Shown: positions 8,970-19,185, counted from the first letter of the stretch. The stretch: DNA of 64,000 bases from Candidatus Kerfeldbacteria bacterium (GCA_016182555.1 JACPGJ010000008.1:220272-284271), one strand, 5' to 3'. A program made the numbers and translations. Notes: generated by a model not told the origin, from the sequence alone.

Positions 8970-9320
8970 ATGATTTTTACAAAAAATTCACGAAAACAAT
9001 TTTTGAAACAGAAAGAAACGGCGCGAGCGCTCGTCCATGAACGCTTACAGTATTTTAATTCCTTATATCAATTCACGTTTCACCGCGTAAGTATTCGAAA
9101 CCAACGGAGCCGCTGGGGCAGCTGTTCGCAAGCAGGCAATTTAAATTTCAATTATCGTATTATTTTTTTACCCGGCGATTTAGTGGACTATATTATTGTG
9201 CATGAACTGTGCCACTTAAAAGAGATGAATCATTCTGCCCGGTTTTGGCACCTGGTTGCACAAACCATTCCCGATTACGCCGCACGACGACGATATTTAA
9301 AAAAAATTCGTATACGGTGA
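8970..9320 (+). CDS. YgjP/M48-like zinc metalloprotease domain protein
   Basis: RNQRSRWGSCS, DYIIVHELCHLKEMNHS. Confidence 0.9.
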   Translation: MIFTKNSRKQFLKQKETARALVHERLQYFNSLYQFTFHRVSIRNQRSRWGSCSQAGNLNFNYRIIFLPGDLVDYIIVHELCHLKEMNHSARFWHLVAQTIPDYAARRRYLKKIRIR

Positions 9321-9665
9321 TTAACGATCACGACGTGCGAGAATACCAAATTCAAGAAAATATTTCTGCAATTCTTCAAATGAAATATGATGAATATTCT
9401 CTCCATAAAAAAGATCGCACAAAATTTCACGTGTACGACAAATTTCTTTTAGTGTTCCCGTGTTGCGCCAACGAGGATCACCGATACTCAAATCAATCAA
9501 TTCTAGCGCACGGTCAAATGCATTCTGCCACTGTTGTGTTTTTCCACGCTTGTGCCAGGATATTGTTCGTTCTACTTCGCTACCGATATTTCCCAATTGT
9601 TCAGCAACCGTGAACGTATACCACCGATCGGCAGCCAATGTTGAATGTAATGCCGGAATATTCAT
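9321..9665 (-). CDS. Conserved helical hypothetical protein coupled to DUF5674 gene
   Basis: EQLGNIGSEVER...RALELIDL...EICRTREILCD; 4-nt overlap with upstream gene. Confidence 0.75.
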   Translation of the reverse strand: MNIPALHSTLAADRWYTFTVAEQLGNIGSEVERTISWHKRGKTQQWQNAFDRALELIDLSIGDPRWRNTGTLKEICRTREILCDLFYGENIHHISFEELQKYFLEFGILARRDR

Positions 9666-10012
9666 ATAATTAAACGATTCACAATGGTAACAATTTTTTC
9701 TTGAATCGTTTTGTCTTCTACACTACGAGAGCGGTTGTCTTGTCGAGGTCGAATATTAATCATCGAATCAAATTCAATCCATTCTGAACGCGGCAAATCA
9801 GGATAGATATTGATTCCCCAAAGGTTCTCTTGCATTGATCCTTGATCAATCAGAACTTTTTCTTCGTCTGCATGCAAATCCCCACCCAGCGCCATAATTT
9901 CTTGTTCAATATCAACAACAGCCTTCACCATATCACCAAAACGCTGCAGTGCTAATTCTTGTACCACTGAAGTATTTATTGGTTCACGGACAATTAAAAT
10001 ATCACTCATCAT
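9662..10012 (-). CDS. DUF5674 family protein
   Basis: MVKAVVDI...GGDLHADEE...LWGINIYP...IEFDSMINIRPRQDNRS. Confidence 0.8.
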   Translation of the reverse strand: MMSDILIVREPINTSVVQELALQRFGDMVKAVVDIEQEIMALGGDLHADEEKVLIDQGSMQENLWGINIYPDLPRSEWIEFDSMINIRPRQDNRSRSVEDKTIQEKIVTIVNRLII

Positions 10013-10108
10013 ATATCGGTATACTATAGGAGGAAATGATCTGTGTCAAAAATTTTATATGCTGCCGTCGAATAGTTTATTGTGAGAAAAATATTTAATA
10101 TTTTTAGT

Positions 10109-10723
10109 TTAATTAAAGCTATATTCTTTCATTTTTTGTTGAAATTGGTTGAAATTTGAATAAAATTCTGCATGAATACCAAATTCACGGGCAACATCAA
10201 CATTTTGTTGTGTATCATCCCATAGGAGTAGCTCTTCTTTAGTACACGGCTGTAACTGCTGCAGTACGCGGGCAAAAAATTCGGGAGATCCTTTTGTATA
10301 CCCAATATCCGAACTAGAAAATACCCCATCAAACAACTGGTTAAATTGGAGCATCTCTCGCAAGTAGGTTGTTCGATGCTGTTCTTGATTAGTCGCCACA
10401 AAACAGCGGACCCCTTGGCTACGAAGCTGTGCGACAACATCAATCACACGACTGTCGATTGCATTCTCTGACCGAAACCAATAATCACAAAATTCATCCA
10501 CACTTCCCTGCCACTTCCATTGCACAAGATATGGCTGCAGCTCTTTTTTCAAGTCCGCTTTTCCCACGATACAATCGAGCAAGTGTTCAGTAAAAAATGG
10601 TGCGGTCTCTTCTTCAGTTAAATGAAAATCCTGATGCAAGTAATACGAAAATCGTTTGCCAGTAATGACAACGCCATCGCAATCAAATAGCACAACACGA
10701 ACGGTATGGTGATCATTCATCAT
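10109..10723 (-). CDS. HAD-superfamily hydrolase
   Basis: LFDCDGV, ATNQE, K, WDDTQQNV motifs. Confidence 0.9.
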   Translation of the reverse strand: MMNDHHTVRVVLFDCDGVVITGKRFSYYLHQDFHLTEEETAPFFTEHLLDCIVGKADLKKELQPYLVQWKWQGSVDEFCDYWFRSENAIDSRVIDVVAQLRSQGVRCFVATNQEQHRTTYLREMLQFNQLFDGVFSSSDIGYTKGSPEFFARVLQQLQPCTKEELLLWDDTQQNVDVAREFGIHAEFYSNFNQFQQKMKEYSFN

Positions 10724-10789
10724 ATATATTTCAGCCTATACCATTTCCAAGAAAAATGCTACCGTATGGTCATATTAAAAAAATCCCGT

Positions 10790-10969
10790 ATGACCTACGA
10801 TTATTTTATTGCTTCGCGGTACAGAAACAAAGAAACAGTCTTGGAACTGGCACACAAAATTCGTGGTGAATGTATTTTGATCGGAGAACAGCAAGAAACT
10901 GAAAGCCTATATCTCATTTTTGATGAATCATACTCGACCATTGATGAGTTTATTCACCGCATAAAATAA
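10790..10969 (+). pseudogene. Internally deleted nucleoside 2-deoxyribosyltransferase-like gene
   Basis: N-terminus MTYDYFIASRYRNKETVLELAHKIR is fused directly to a C-terminus ECILIGEQQETESLYLIFDE. Confidence 0.5.
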
Positions 10970-11020
10970 AATTATATTTTGCGCTGCAAATATTTTTTCG
11001 TTTTGCGTATAGCAAATTTT

Positions 11021-11542
11021 CTAATAGAGCATAACATTCGCCACCGAAAATAGATCGCTATATGTGGTCATCAGAAAAACAATTCCTGCAACACCAGCAA
11101 TAAATAATAACTGGTCAACTACTCCATTCACTGGCGTGGTCAACCACTTCGGCAGTAAACGAATCCGTTTCCGCCAGGGAAAGAAATATTCGACGCCAGG
11201 TTTATTGAAACCATCGATGATTGGATGGCTCGCATAACCAAGAATCATCACCATCGGCAGAGCTGGATGATACGAACTCAAAAATAACTGAGTAAGAATA
11301 GCGATGATACTGATAGCGAGGAATGAATGAAAAAATCCGCGATGATGAAAAACCCCACGAAAAACTCCGAGTGCTCCACTGCCCATATAATGAATTTTTG
11401 CTGATGTTGCATCGATGTCTGGAAGTAAGGCTGCCAATGCACCAATAGCGAGCAACACGGGCACTTCATTGCCCAGTGGATACACTAATGCTGCCACCCA
11501 TACGGCATTCGCTCCAACAACGGCATGTGTTTTCCCACTCAT
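11021..11542 (-). CDS. YdjM-like membrane metal-dependent hydrolase
   Basis: MSGKTH, ALLPDID, HRGFFHS, GYASHPIID. Confidence 0.9.
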   Translation of the reverse strand: MSGKTHAVVGANAVWVAALVYPLGNEVPVLLAIGALAALLPDIDATSAKIHYMGSGALGVFRGVFHHRGFFHSFLAISIIAILTQLFLSSYHPALPMVMILGYASHPIIDGFNKPGVEYFFPWRKRIRLLPKWLTTPVNGVVDQLLFIAGVAGIVFLMTTYSDLFSVANVMLY

Positions 11543-11587
11543 AGGTAAAATATTATAGTGAAAAAAGGATCAAAATAGAATATATCA

Positions 11588-12595
11588 TTACCGAGCAATG
11601 AAATTCATAATAAGTGCGACCATGGTTTCTTTTTGTTGGGGTTTGCTTTGCGCGATCAACAATGCGAGTGCAACGAGTGCATTGTTGTTAAATTTTCGTT
11701 CACCAATTTTGTTGAATAATAATTTATTCCGTTCAAGAAAAAGAATAAATAGAAACGAACCAATGCGTTTATTGCCGTCAGTGAATGGATGGTCTTTAAT
11801 AATAAAATACAACAGGTGCGCCGCTTTTGCCTCAATGCTTGAATATAACTCTTTACCGCCAAATGTTTGATAGATGTTTCCCAAAATGGCATGTAACATT
11901 TCATTCCGTTCACGACCAAAAATTTCTGTGGCTTCTTTTTTGCGCATTAAACTTAATTTCAGCTCGTGTATTGCTACTTGAGCAATGTCGGAGGTCAATC
12001 GATAGGCTAACTTGTGTTTTTTCACCGGTGCAGGAATGTTTTCATCATCATACTGCTGCAACCATATCCACGTATCAGCGTACTGGGTAATAATTTCCAG
12101 CAAACCTTCAGATTCAGAACGGCTCAACTGTTGTGCATGCATGGTTTGTTTTATCAACGTTAGCGCATTTTCTAAATCGCGAAGAGGTGCTTGGGGTAGG
12201 CGGTGCTTATTGACCGTGAAACCTTTCACTAAATGGTCACGCAAAACACGCGTCGCCCAAATACGAAATTGTGTACCTTCTTTGGAATTTACTCTATAGC
12301 CTATAGAAAGAATCATATCGAGATTATAGAACTCAATTTCACGTTCTATTTCACGATTCCCCTCTTTTTGAACTGTTGCAAAATTTGCAACAGTTGAAGC
12401 TTTATCTAACTCAAGAGATGCATAGATGTTTCGTATATGTCTCGAAATACCAGACTTATCCACAGCAAAGAGTTGTGACAATTGGTTTAATGTTAACCAT
12501 ACTGTCTCATTGAGAATCTTAACTTCAACTGAGAGTTTCCCAGTCTTAGACTGGTAAATCATAATTTCGCCCGTGTTTTTTGGCATACGTTTCAT
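11588..12595 (-). CDS. RhuM-N plus Fic/Doc fusion protein
   Basis: ETVWLTLNQLSQLF, SIGYRVNS, HPFTDGNKRIG (Doc-type); start uncertain. Confidence 0.88.
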   Translation of the reverse strand: MKRMPKNTGEIMIYQSKTGKLSVEVKILNETVWLTLNQLSQLFAVDKSGISRHIRNIYASLELDKASTVANFATVQKEGNREIEREIEFYNLDMILSIGYRVNSKEGTQFRIWATRVLRDHLVKGFTVNKHRLPQAPLRDLENALTLIKQTMHAQQLSRSESEGLLEIITQYADTWIWLQQYDDENIPAPVKKHKLAYRLTSDIAQVAIHELKLSLMRKKEATEIFGRERNEMLHAILGNIYQTFGGKELYSSIEAKAAHLLYFIIKDHPFTDGNKRIGSFLFILFLERNKLLFNKIGERKFNNNALVALALLIAQSKPQQKETMVALIMNFIAR

Positions 12596-12697
12596 GTGAG
12601 TTATATTATACACAACTGAATATTCAGGCAAATAGAAAACGCCCGGTTTGGGGACGTCTTCTAGAAGTATAGCACAATTCGTGGTAGAGGCAACGGT

Positions 12698-12970
12698 TTA
12701 TGCCGCGTCTTTCCAGCGTTTCAGTTCGTGCATGTTTTTAGTGAACTTACGAGCCAGGAAACCTGGAATATGCATCTCCTTCATTTTCCCTTCCACTTTC
12801 GTTTTCATCTCTTCAAAAGTGATAGTCGGCTCAGTAAATTGACCGTTTTGATAACAACGGCTGCAATATTCGCTACTTTTCGTACCGTCGGCATTGGTAC
12901 CACCGCCTTGTTCATCTTTGGAAAGCGGCATGCCACAACTTTGGCAAAACGGCCCTTTTGGTTGAAACAT
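12698..12970 (-). CDS. Zinc-ribbon protein (Zn_ribbon_2-like)
   Basis: CQSCGMPL...GTNADGTKSSEYCSRCYQNGQF...LKRWK. Confidence 0.85.
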   Translation of the reverse strand: MFQPKGPFCQSCGMPLSKDEQGGGTNADGTKSSEYCSRCYQNGQFTEPTITFEEMKTKVEGKMKEMHIPGFLARKFTKNMHELKRWKDAA

Positions 12971-13052
12971 AGGATAACAATAATGATTATAGCTGTAGCC
13001 TAGCAAACCTGTGCTGAAACGCAACTATCGAACGCGCGCTGTCCTGCAATTT

Positions 13053-15425
13053 CTATTTCTTTACCTTCACACTCAGCGCATCTGATTGTGCAGAAACGTA
13101 TTCGTTTGTATCATCATTTTTTGGTGACCATTTTGCGACAAACTTCACTTTCTTTTGTGCTGGCTTTATTTTTACGGTAATCGTTGCTACTCCTTTCGCA
13201 TTGGTCTTACCATGCCCCACACCTGTTAATGTATCTCCAATCTTACGAAACAAATTCACGCGTTGCTGCGACAATTTTTTATTCGTCACCGCATCTTTCA
13301 ATGTGGTTTTTACTTGCACTGTTGTTTTCTTTGCTGATTGTGCTCCTCGATGTTGTGTTCCAACGCGAGCGGCTTTATTTACTTTTTTCAACGTGAGCGA
13401 GGCTTTCGATTTCAAATCAAACAAACCACGTGATGTTCCGGCAATCGTGCCATCAAAGAACAATGTATAGAATGTTTCATCCTGCAAACCAGTATACAAT
13501 GTGCCCCATGTTTCTCCGCCATCACTCGATTTCAATAATACTCCTTGGCTGTAATAATTCGTGGCACCCAGATACAACGTATTTGGTTCAGTCGAAGCCT
13601 GAACAGTGAGACTGTGGTATTCTCGCAAACGATCCAAACCTTCAGTAATTTTTGTCCAAGTCTCGCCTGCATCCGTTGATTTATAGAAACCGAAATTCGT
13701 TGTGTCATTATTCCCATATTCAATACTGGCAATGGCATAGACGGTAGAATCATCATCTGGATCAACAGCCACCTTCACCACTTCTTCCTCTGGTGAATTA
13801 TCTACATGCGTCCATTCACTATCGCTGTATTTATAGATACCTGTTTTATACGATGTTCCCCCTTCAGCGCCGACACCAACATAGATATCTCCATTAGATG
13901 CTTGTGCAATGGTTTGTGCGGCTGGGCCGTCTAATAGCTCCATATCTTCCCATGTCGCACCCAGATCTGTTGATTTGAATACATATCCTGTTTTTGGCAC
14001 ATTCGGATCATTGCTCATCACTGCCGCATACAAGGTATTTTCATCACTCACATCTTGAATAATTTCATTGACCACATAGTCGGTAGTGATCAAGTCAGAA
14101 ATGAGATTTTCAGACCACGTATCGCCACCATCTGTGGTACGGACAATCGCGCCAATTTCACCAGCCACCACAATATTCCCATCATCGGGTTTCACCCAAA
14201 TGGCTCCTCCTGGTTCTTGAATCACAAATGACCAGGTTGGGTTTTCGGAAGTGAAATTTTCGGTTTTCACAATACCGTTATACGCCGCACCCCACATAAT
14301 ATTTTTGTCTGTGGCTTGGCTGATATCCGTAATGGTTACCCCCAAAATACCTTGGTTCATATCCGCCCACGTTTCTCCACGGTCAATACTCTTACTTAAG
14401 CCCGGTATACCATCCACATACAACACATCCACATCTGTCGGGTCAATGGTAATATTGTGTCCACCCAGCGCGGTATTCGATTCATCTTGGCCAAGAGCTT
14501 CCCACGTTGCGCCACCATCGTTGGAATATTGTTCACTAAAATATAAGCGGCCTTCTTGATCAAACACACAGGTTTGCGACATGACTGCTGTTTCTACCCA
14601 GGTATCGCCACCATCAGCGCTGTAATACCCGTTCGCATTATACCCACCGCTAAGAGCAATATTATTCGCATCTGTCGGATTCACACACACGCGTGGACCA
14701 GCGGAATTATCTTGGATAGTCGGAATAGTCAATTCACTCCATGTTGCCGCGCTATCTGTTGAACGATACACACGGGTAACATAGTCAGAATCAAAACCGA
14801 GTGCATAGAATTCGCCGTCTGTTGGCGAACTCTCCAGCCACCAAATCGTCACTCCATCTGCCACCATGACGGTGTCAAAATTGTCTCCTTCATCGCTGCT
14901 CACTAATACTGCACCGGCAGTGCTATTACTTGATGTGATGAGCACACCTTGTGCATATAACAGAGCGGTTCCAAAATCTTCTGAAATACGAGTGAATGTA
15001 ACGCCATTGTCTTCGCTACGATATAACCCACCATTAAATGCTGTAAATACATTGCCATTATCTTGGTTCACTTCTACGGCAACACCGCCGCCATAATCAA
15101 CACCCTCTATTCCTTCCCAGGTGTCACCACCATCATTCGAGCGATAAAAACCATTCGGTGAATCTTTTGCCACGGTATACACATAGCCACTCGTCGAATC
15201 AATCGCCACATCCCACAAGTCACCGCCGTAGGGACCCAATGGTTGTACATCAGCGGTTTCCGTATTATCCGCTACTGGTACCTCACCGCCATCACCATCA
15301 CCGCCGCTAAAATCACCATTATCACCTTCCTCGGCGCGTACAGTGTAGGCATACGCACAAAGCACAATAGCTACGCTTGCAAAAATAATGCTAAACGCAC
15401 GCTTGTTGAATACGTGTTCCTCCAT
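13053..15425 (-). CDS. Secreted BNR/VPS10-type beta-propeller protein with basic C-terminal Ig-like domain
   Basis: Signal peptide; many SxDGGxTW Asp-box repeats. Confidence 0.85.
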   Translation of the reverse strand: MEEHVFNKRAFSIIFASVAIVLCAYAYTVRAEEGDNGDFSGGDGDGGEVPVADNTETADVQPLGPYGGDLWDVAIDSTSGYVYTVAKDSPNGFYRSNDGGDTWEGIEGVDYGGGVAVEVNQDNGNVFTAFNGGLYRSEDNGVTFTRISEDFGTALLYAQGVLITSSNSTAGAVLVSSDEGDNFDTVMVADGVTIWWLESSPTDGEFYALGFDSDYVTRVYRSTDSAATWSELTIPTIQDNSAGPRVCVNPTDANNIALSGGYNANGYYSADGGDTWVETAVMSQTCVFDQEGRLYFSEQYSNDGGATWEALGQDESNTALGGHNITIDPTDVDVLYVDGIPGLSKSIDRGETWADMNQGILGVTITDISQATDKNIMWGAAYNGIVKTENFTSENPTWSFVIQEPGGAIWVKPDDGNIVVAGEIGAIVRTTDGGDTWSENLISDLITTDYVVNEIIQDVSDENTLYAAVMSNDPNVPKTGYVFKSTDLGATWEDMELLDGPAAQTIAQASNGDIYVGVGAEGGTSYKTGIYKYSDSEWTHVDNSPEEEVVKVAVDPDDDSTVYAIASIEYGNNDTTNFGFYKSTDAGETWTKITEGLDRLREYHSLTVQASTEPNTLYLGATNYYSQGVLLKSSDGGETWGTLYTGLQDETFYTLFFDGTIAGTSRGLFDLKSKASLTLKKVNKAARVGTQHRGAQSAKKTTVQVKTTLKDAVTNKKLSQQRVNLFRKIGDTLTGVGHGKTNAKGVATITVKIKPAQKKVKFVAKWSPKNDDTNEYVSAQSDALSVKVKK

Positions 15426-15501
15426 AAAAATGACATAATAATAAACTACAGTAATTATATCACTGCTGTTTTTATTCTGCTAGTATCAACTGTTTCATGC
15501 A

Positions 15502-15675
15502 TCAGGCTACGCGATTTGGGCAACCGGTTTTGTGACAAACCACTTCGTGCAACGGTGTTGGTTCAAATGTGTTCACTTCATGACACGCTTTACACTTTAC
15601 TTCAATTTGTCCTTCGATAAGCATGCCTTTAAACAACAATTTACCATCATTTTTACAACGATATTCTTTAATCAT
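15502..15675 (-). CDS. Mu Com-like zinc-ribbon small protein (57 aa)
   Basis: Not in ORF track. MIKEYRCKNDGKLLFKGMLIEGQIEVKCKACHEVNTFEPTPLHEVVCHKTGCPNRVA*. TGnTACAAT lies 6 nt upstream. Confidence 0.75.
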   Translation of the reverse strand: MIKEYRCKNDGKLLFKGMLIEGQIEVKCKACHEVNTFEPTPLHEVVCHKTGCPNRVA

Positions 15676-15819
15676 GGATCTATTGTAGCATACTCAAATA
15701 CCAGATTCGACAACTATCAATCCACACATTAGTAAATCATTATTAAGGGATTTGAAATACTGTTTGTTCGTTTTGTTCAAATATGCACCAGATGAATTTC
15801 AATAATATTTGTTTGAATG

Positions 15820-16332
15820 TTATTTGAGTATGGAGTATTTTTTTACCAAGCCTGTCTGTTCCCAATATTTACCCAAGCCAAGGTAGTCACCTACCGGAAT
15901 ACGGGTGAAAATGAGAAAGAGAAAAAGATAAATAATATGCTCATCCAAGAACGGATTTGTTTCTGTTGGTAGAAGCGCTGACCACATCAGCAACATCAGC
16001 AAAGCACCGCTATATCCCGCAATTTTCACTCCAATACCAAGAATGAGTGCAAGGCCAATACCCAGCAACCCAAGCATGAATAACCAAGCAACAATGTCAC
16101 TATTGGCCATAGAATGATACATACTCGCAAATGGACCGGTAGCCGCTTTGCCGAGGAAACCAGCAGTTGGCGAAACGCCATCTAACCATGATTTGTCCGA
16201 TTTGGTGGAAAACCCAAGACCAAAAACTTTATCAATAAACGCCCAGAAAAAGAGAAAACCCATGAGAATGCGTAAGATACCGAAAAGCCATTGCCCGCGA
16301 TACCCCTTACTTTGTGATGTACTCTGATTCAT
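15820..16332 (-). CDS. DoxX family membrane protein
   Basis: LRILMGFLFFWAFIDKVFG, NPFLDEHIIY. Confidence 0.85.
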   Translation of the reverse strand: MNQSTSQSKGYRGQWLFGILRILMGFLFFWAFIDKVFGLGFSTKSDKSWLDGVSPTAGFLGKAATGPFASMYHSMANSDIVAWLFMLGLLGIGLALILGIGVKIAGYSGALLMLLMWSALLPTETNPFLDEHIIYLFLFLIFTRIPVGDYLGLGKYWEQTGLVKKYSILK

Positions 16333-16593
16333 ACGTGTATACATAAATAAATAATTAAAAATCCGTTTGCGACGAGCTTCTGAGAGCTTCATTACTTCAT
16401 ACTATACACCAAGGGGCATGTTGAGGCAATATTATTAATCATGTTATTCATCATGTCCCTGAATGCAGTGCTGATCGAAACATTGGACTTTTCTCTGAAG
16501 ATGTGACACACTAATCTGGTAAAATAGTATGGATTGAAGTATCGTCGAACTTCAGAAAATTCTAGATTGCATCTTTATAAGTAACGTTATTGT

Positions 16594-16842
16594 ATGACAG
16601 ATTCAGCAAAAGTTCTGACCGGAAAAATCAAAACGCTCGCTGACCGAGGTTTCGGTTTCATTAGCGTAGAAGGTCAAGAAAAAGAAGTGTTCTTTCACTC
16701 TTCTTCGCTCGTTGGCGTGAAATTTGAAGAGCTTTCTCAAGGTGATTTCGTTTCATTCGAAATCGAACAGTCAGATAAAGGTCCTCGTGCGATCAACGTA
16801 CAAAGAGTTGAGCAAGAAGAAGGAATGGTAGCAGCGGCATAG
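16594..16842 (+). CDS. Cold-shock domain protein
   Basis: RGFGFI (RNP1), VFFHSS (RNP2), KGPRAINV. Confidence 0.95.
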   Translation: MTDSAKVLTGKIKTLADRGFGFISVEGQEKEVFFHSSSLVGVKFEELSQGDFVSFEIEQSDKGPRAINVQRVEQEEGMVAAA

Positions 16843-16863
16843 CTCGCAAAAATGCTGTGCTCT

Positions 16864-16893
16864 AAAAAACTCCGTAGAACTACGGGGTTTTTT
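16864..16893 (+). terminator. Intrinsic terminator
   Basis: AAAAAACTCCGTAG-AA-CTACGGGGTTTTTT. Confidence 0.8.
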
Positions 16894-16952
16894 GTTTACC
16901 TGTGTGGCATGCCTCCTCGTAAAAAATAACTGAAAATGCTACTATAGGCCCT

Positions 16953-17450
16953 ATGCGATTACCAAATAGAAAACCAGGAAAATACACCTTTGCGAAATTT
17001 GATCCCGTAATGACGGCAGAAAAATTTGCGGCACTCCAAAAAAAACTGGAAAGAATACAAGCACAACTTCCGCAAGCGATTAAAGAAACACAGAAGTATG
17101 CCGAGAACGGTGATTTTTCAGAAAATGCTGAATACCAAATCGCGAAAAGCCGTTTGCGTGGGCTGAACCGCGCCATAGACGAACTGCAAAAACAAATACA
17201 TCATGCACAAATTATTGAACCTGCTGCGAGTACAGCGACTGTGCAAATCGGACATACCGTGACTATTACAGCAGATGGGCGCAAACACACGTTTCAAATA
17301 CTCGGTTCCACAGAAACGAATCCAAAAGCCGGCGTTATTTCGTATACCTCTCCGTTAGGTTCGGCGCTTATGGGACACGCTGTTGGTGAAATCACACGTG
17401 TGCAGATTGGCGACCGACAAGTGGAGTATACCATTTTGAGTATAACATAA
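16953..17450 (+). CDS. GreA/GreB family transcription elongation factor
   Basis: GDFSENAEY, ISYTSPLGSALMG. Confidence 0.92.
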   Translation: MRLPNRKPGKYTFAKFDPVMTAEKFAALQKKLERIQAQLPQAIKETQKYAENGDFSENAEYQIAKSRLRGLNRAIDELQKQIHHAQIIEPAASTATVQIGHTVTITADGRKHTFQILGSTETNPKAGVISYTSPLGSALMGHAVGEITRVQIGDRQVEYTILSIT

Positions 17451-17506
17451 TTGGACATAGCTTTATTTTGACTGTATTCTATACTTATAACTACAGTAAA
17501 AAAGTT

Positions 17507-17612
17507 ATGCTAAAAAATATAGAGGAAGAAGCTCTCCATTGGGTAACCGATTCATCGGATAGAAACAGTAGAGCAAAAAATTCATGGCTGCTTGGCTATT
17601 TTAACTTGCTAA
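17507..17612 (+). pseudogene. Collapsed remnant of gene normally upstream of DUF4325
   Basis: N-terminus MLKNIEEEALHWVTD is joined out of frame to a C-terminus IETVEQKIHGCLAILTC*. Confidence 0.4.
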
Positions 17613-17622
17613 TAATATCCGT

Positions 17623-17904
17623 ATGAAAATAGAATTAAAAAAATTTGGTGAAATGCTTATTTCAAGACCAGCCGGACGTGAAGCATTTTTAGCTTTGTCT
17701 GCATATCAAACTCGCGGTTTGACCAAAGATGAAGTTATTGAAATTGATTTTGCTGGGGTTAAAGTACTCACTCCTTCTTGGGCAGATGAAGTACTTCCAA
17801 AGTTAGTAGAACAATTTCCTAATATCATACTACTCAACACCTCTAATTCATCTGTTGAAGCAACACTAAAAACCTTGCGTGAATATTCTGCCTTTCCTTT
17901 ATAG
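17623..17904 (+). CDS. STAS-like DUF4325 protein
   Basis: LISRPAGREAF, IEIDFAGVKVLTPSWADE. Confidence 0.85.
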   Translation: MKIELKKFGEMLISRPAGREAFLALSAYQTRGLTKDEVIEIDFAGVKVLTPSWADEVLPKLVEQFPNIILLNTSNSSVEATLKTLREYSAFPL

Positions 17905-17937
17905 TACTTCAGTATTAAAGGTTTATCTCTCGCAAAC

Positions 17938-18336
17938 TTACTTTGCGTTTGGGTCGGTTTGGTGAAGACCAAAGGTGTTGCCTTCGGTGTCCAGGAAATA
18001 ACCTTGCCACGCCATTCCGGGCAGCGCAAATTTCGGCATGGCAACTTTGCCACCAGCGGCTTCAATTTTTTTAGCGATTTCATCAAAATTTTCTACTTGC
18101 ACAGTACACACAAATGCGTTTGTGCCACATTCCATCGGCGGGGTGTTTGCTGGGCGCTTCAATAACCCACCATTAATACCTGGTTCCGTACTGTCTTTCT
18201 CTGCGGTCATCACCATCCAATATTCCATTGTTGGCGAATCCCATTTTTCAATGTTCCAGCCAAACGCGGCGCGGTAAAATTTTGCTGCGCGCTCTACATC
18301 GTCTGCTTGAATTTCGAAGTGAGTGATTCTGTTCAT
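17938..18336 (-). CDS. VOC/glyoxalase family protein
   Basis: THFEIQADDVERAAKFY, GINGGL, YFLDTEGNTFGL. Confidence 0.9.
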   Translation of the reverse strand: MNRITHFEIQADDVERAAKFYRAAFGWNIEKWDSPTMEYWMVMTAEKDSTEPGINGGLLKRPANTPPMECGTNAFVCTVQVENFDEIAKKIEAAGGKVAMPKFALPGMAWQGYFLDTEGNTFGLHQTDPNAK

Positions 18337-18433
18337 AAGTGTTTTCGTTAATTATTTTTGATAGACAAATTCATGTTATACTTATAGAGATTAAATGTAA
18401 AGAAACTTCAATTGTATTGTGCAGAGTTATATT

Positions 18434-18650
18434 TCACTGTTTAATGCATAATATACCAACAGCTGCGGTCGTTTTTTTCCATTCATTCCAGAACTCTTCT
18501 CCAAAGCGCGCCATTCCCTCTTCTGCAATTTTGAGATCATATTTCCACTCTATTGTGGTAAAACCGGCTTCTCTGAGCGCTTGAGTATATGTCTCTTCAT
18601 CCCAATGTTTCACTATTATGCTGAGAACGCAAATGAACTGGTTATATGGT
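18434..18650 (-). pseudogene. C-terminal remnant of class I SAM methyltransferase (ToxA-like)
   Basis: FICVLSIIVKHWDEETYTQALREAGFTTIEWKYDLKIAEEGMARFGEEFWNEW...GILCIKQ*, overlapping the kinase 3' end. Confidence 0.55.
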
Positions 18651-19185
18651 TTAAACCACTACGATGGATAATATTCCTTACAGATTCTTCGAGTGACCAC
18701 TCTTCGGGAATAATGCTCTCTTGTGTACAGTGAAGCAAGTCATTTTTTTTATACCATTGCCGCATCTCTTGCTCACCAAAACTATCTTTATTTGGTTTTG
18801 TCGCATGCCGTTTGAGTGTTGCTTCCAACGATATATCAAAATAAAAAAAGAAATTATTGTGTGGATGGATGGCTAATAATTCTTGAAACATCGGTTCATA
18901 TCGACCGCAATCAAAAATACCTTCCATAATAACATGGTAAGAATGGTTCAAACAATACAGAACAACGTCTTTTATCAATGCAATATTTTTTCCATTCGGA
19001 ATATCTTTTTCTTTCAACACCGTTCTGCGAAAATAATCTTGTTCAATGACTGCCATGGGCACAGCGGGTGTTTCTGCATCGCGAATGGCGTGAGCAACAG
19101 ATGTTTTTCCAGAACCCGATGGTCCGCGAAGAACAATCAGTTTTGTTGTTTCGACAATATTGTTAAATGTATGTTCCATTTCCAA
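18616..19185 (-). CDS. P-loop kinase (AAA_33-like)
   Basis: VLRGPSGSGKT, EQDYFRR, VIMEG. Confidence 0.85.
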   Translation of the reverse strand: MEMEHTFNNIVETTKLIVLRGPSGSGKTSVAHAIRDAETPAVPMAVIEQDYFRRTVLKEKDIPNGKNIALIKDVVLYCLNHSYHVIMEGIFDCGRYEPMFQELLAIHPHNNFFFYFDISLEATLKRHATKPNKDSFGEQEMRQWYKKNDLLHCTQESIIPEEWSLEESVRNIIHRSGLNHITSSFAFSA

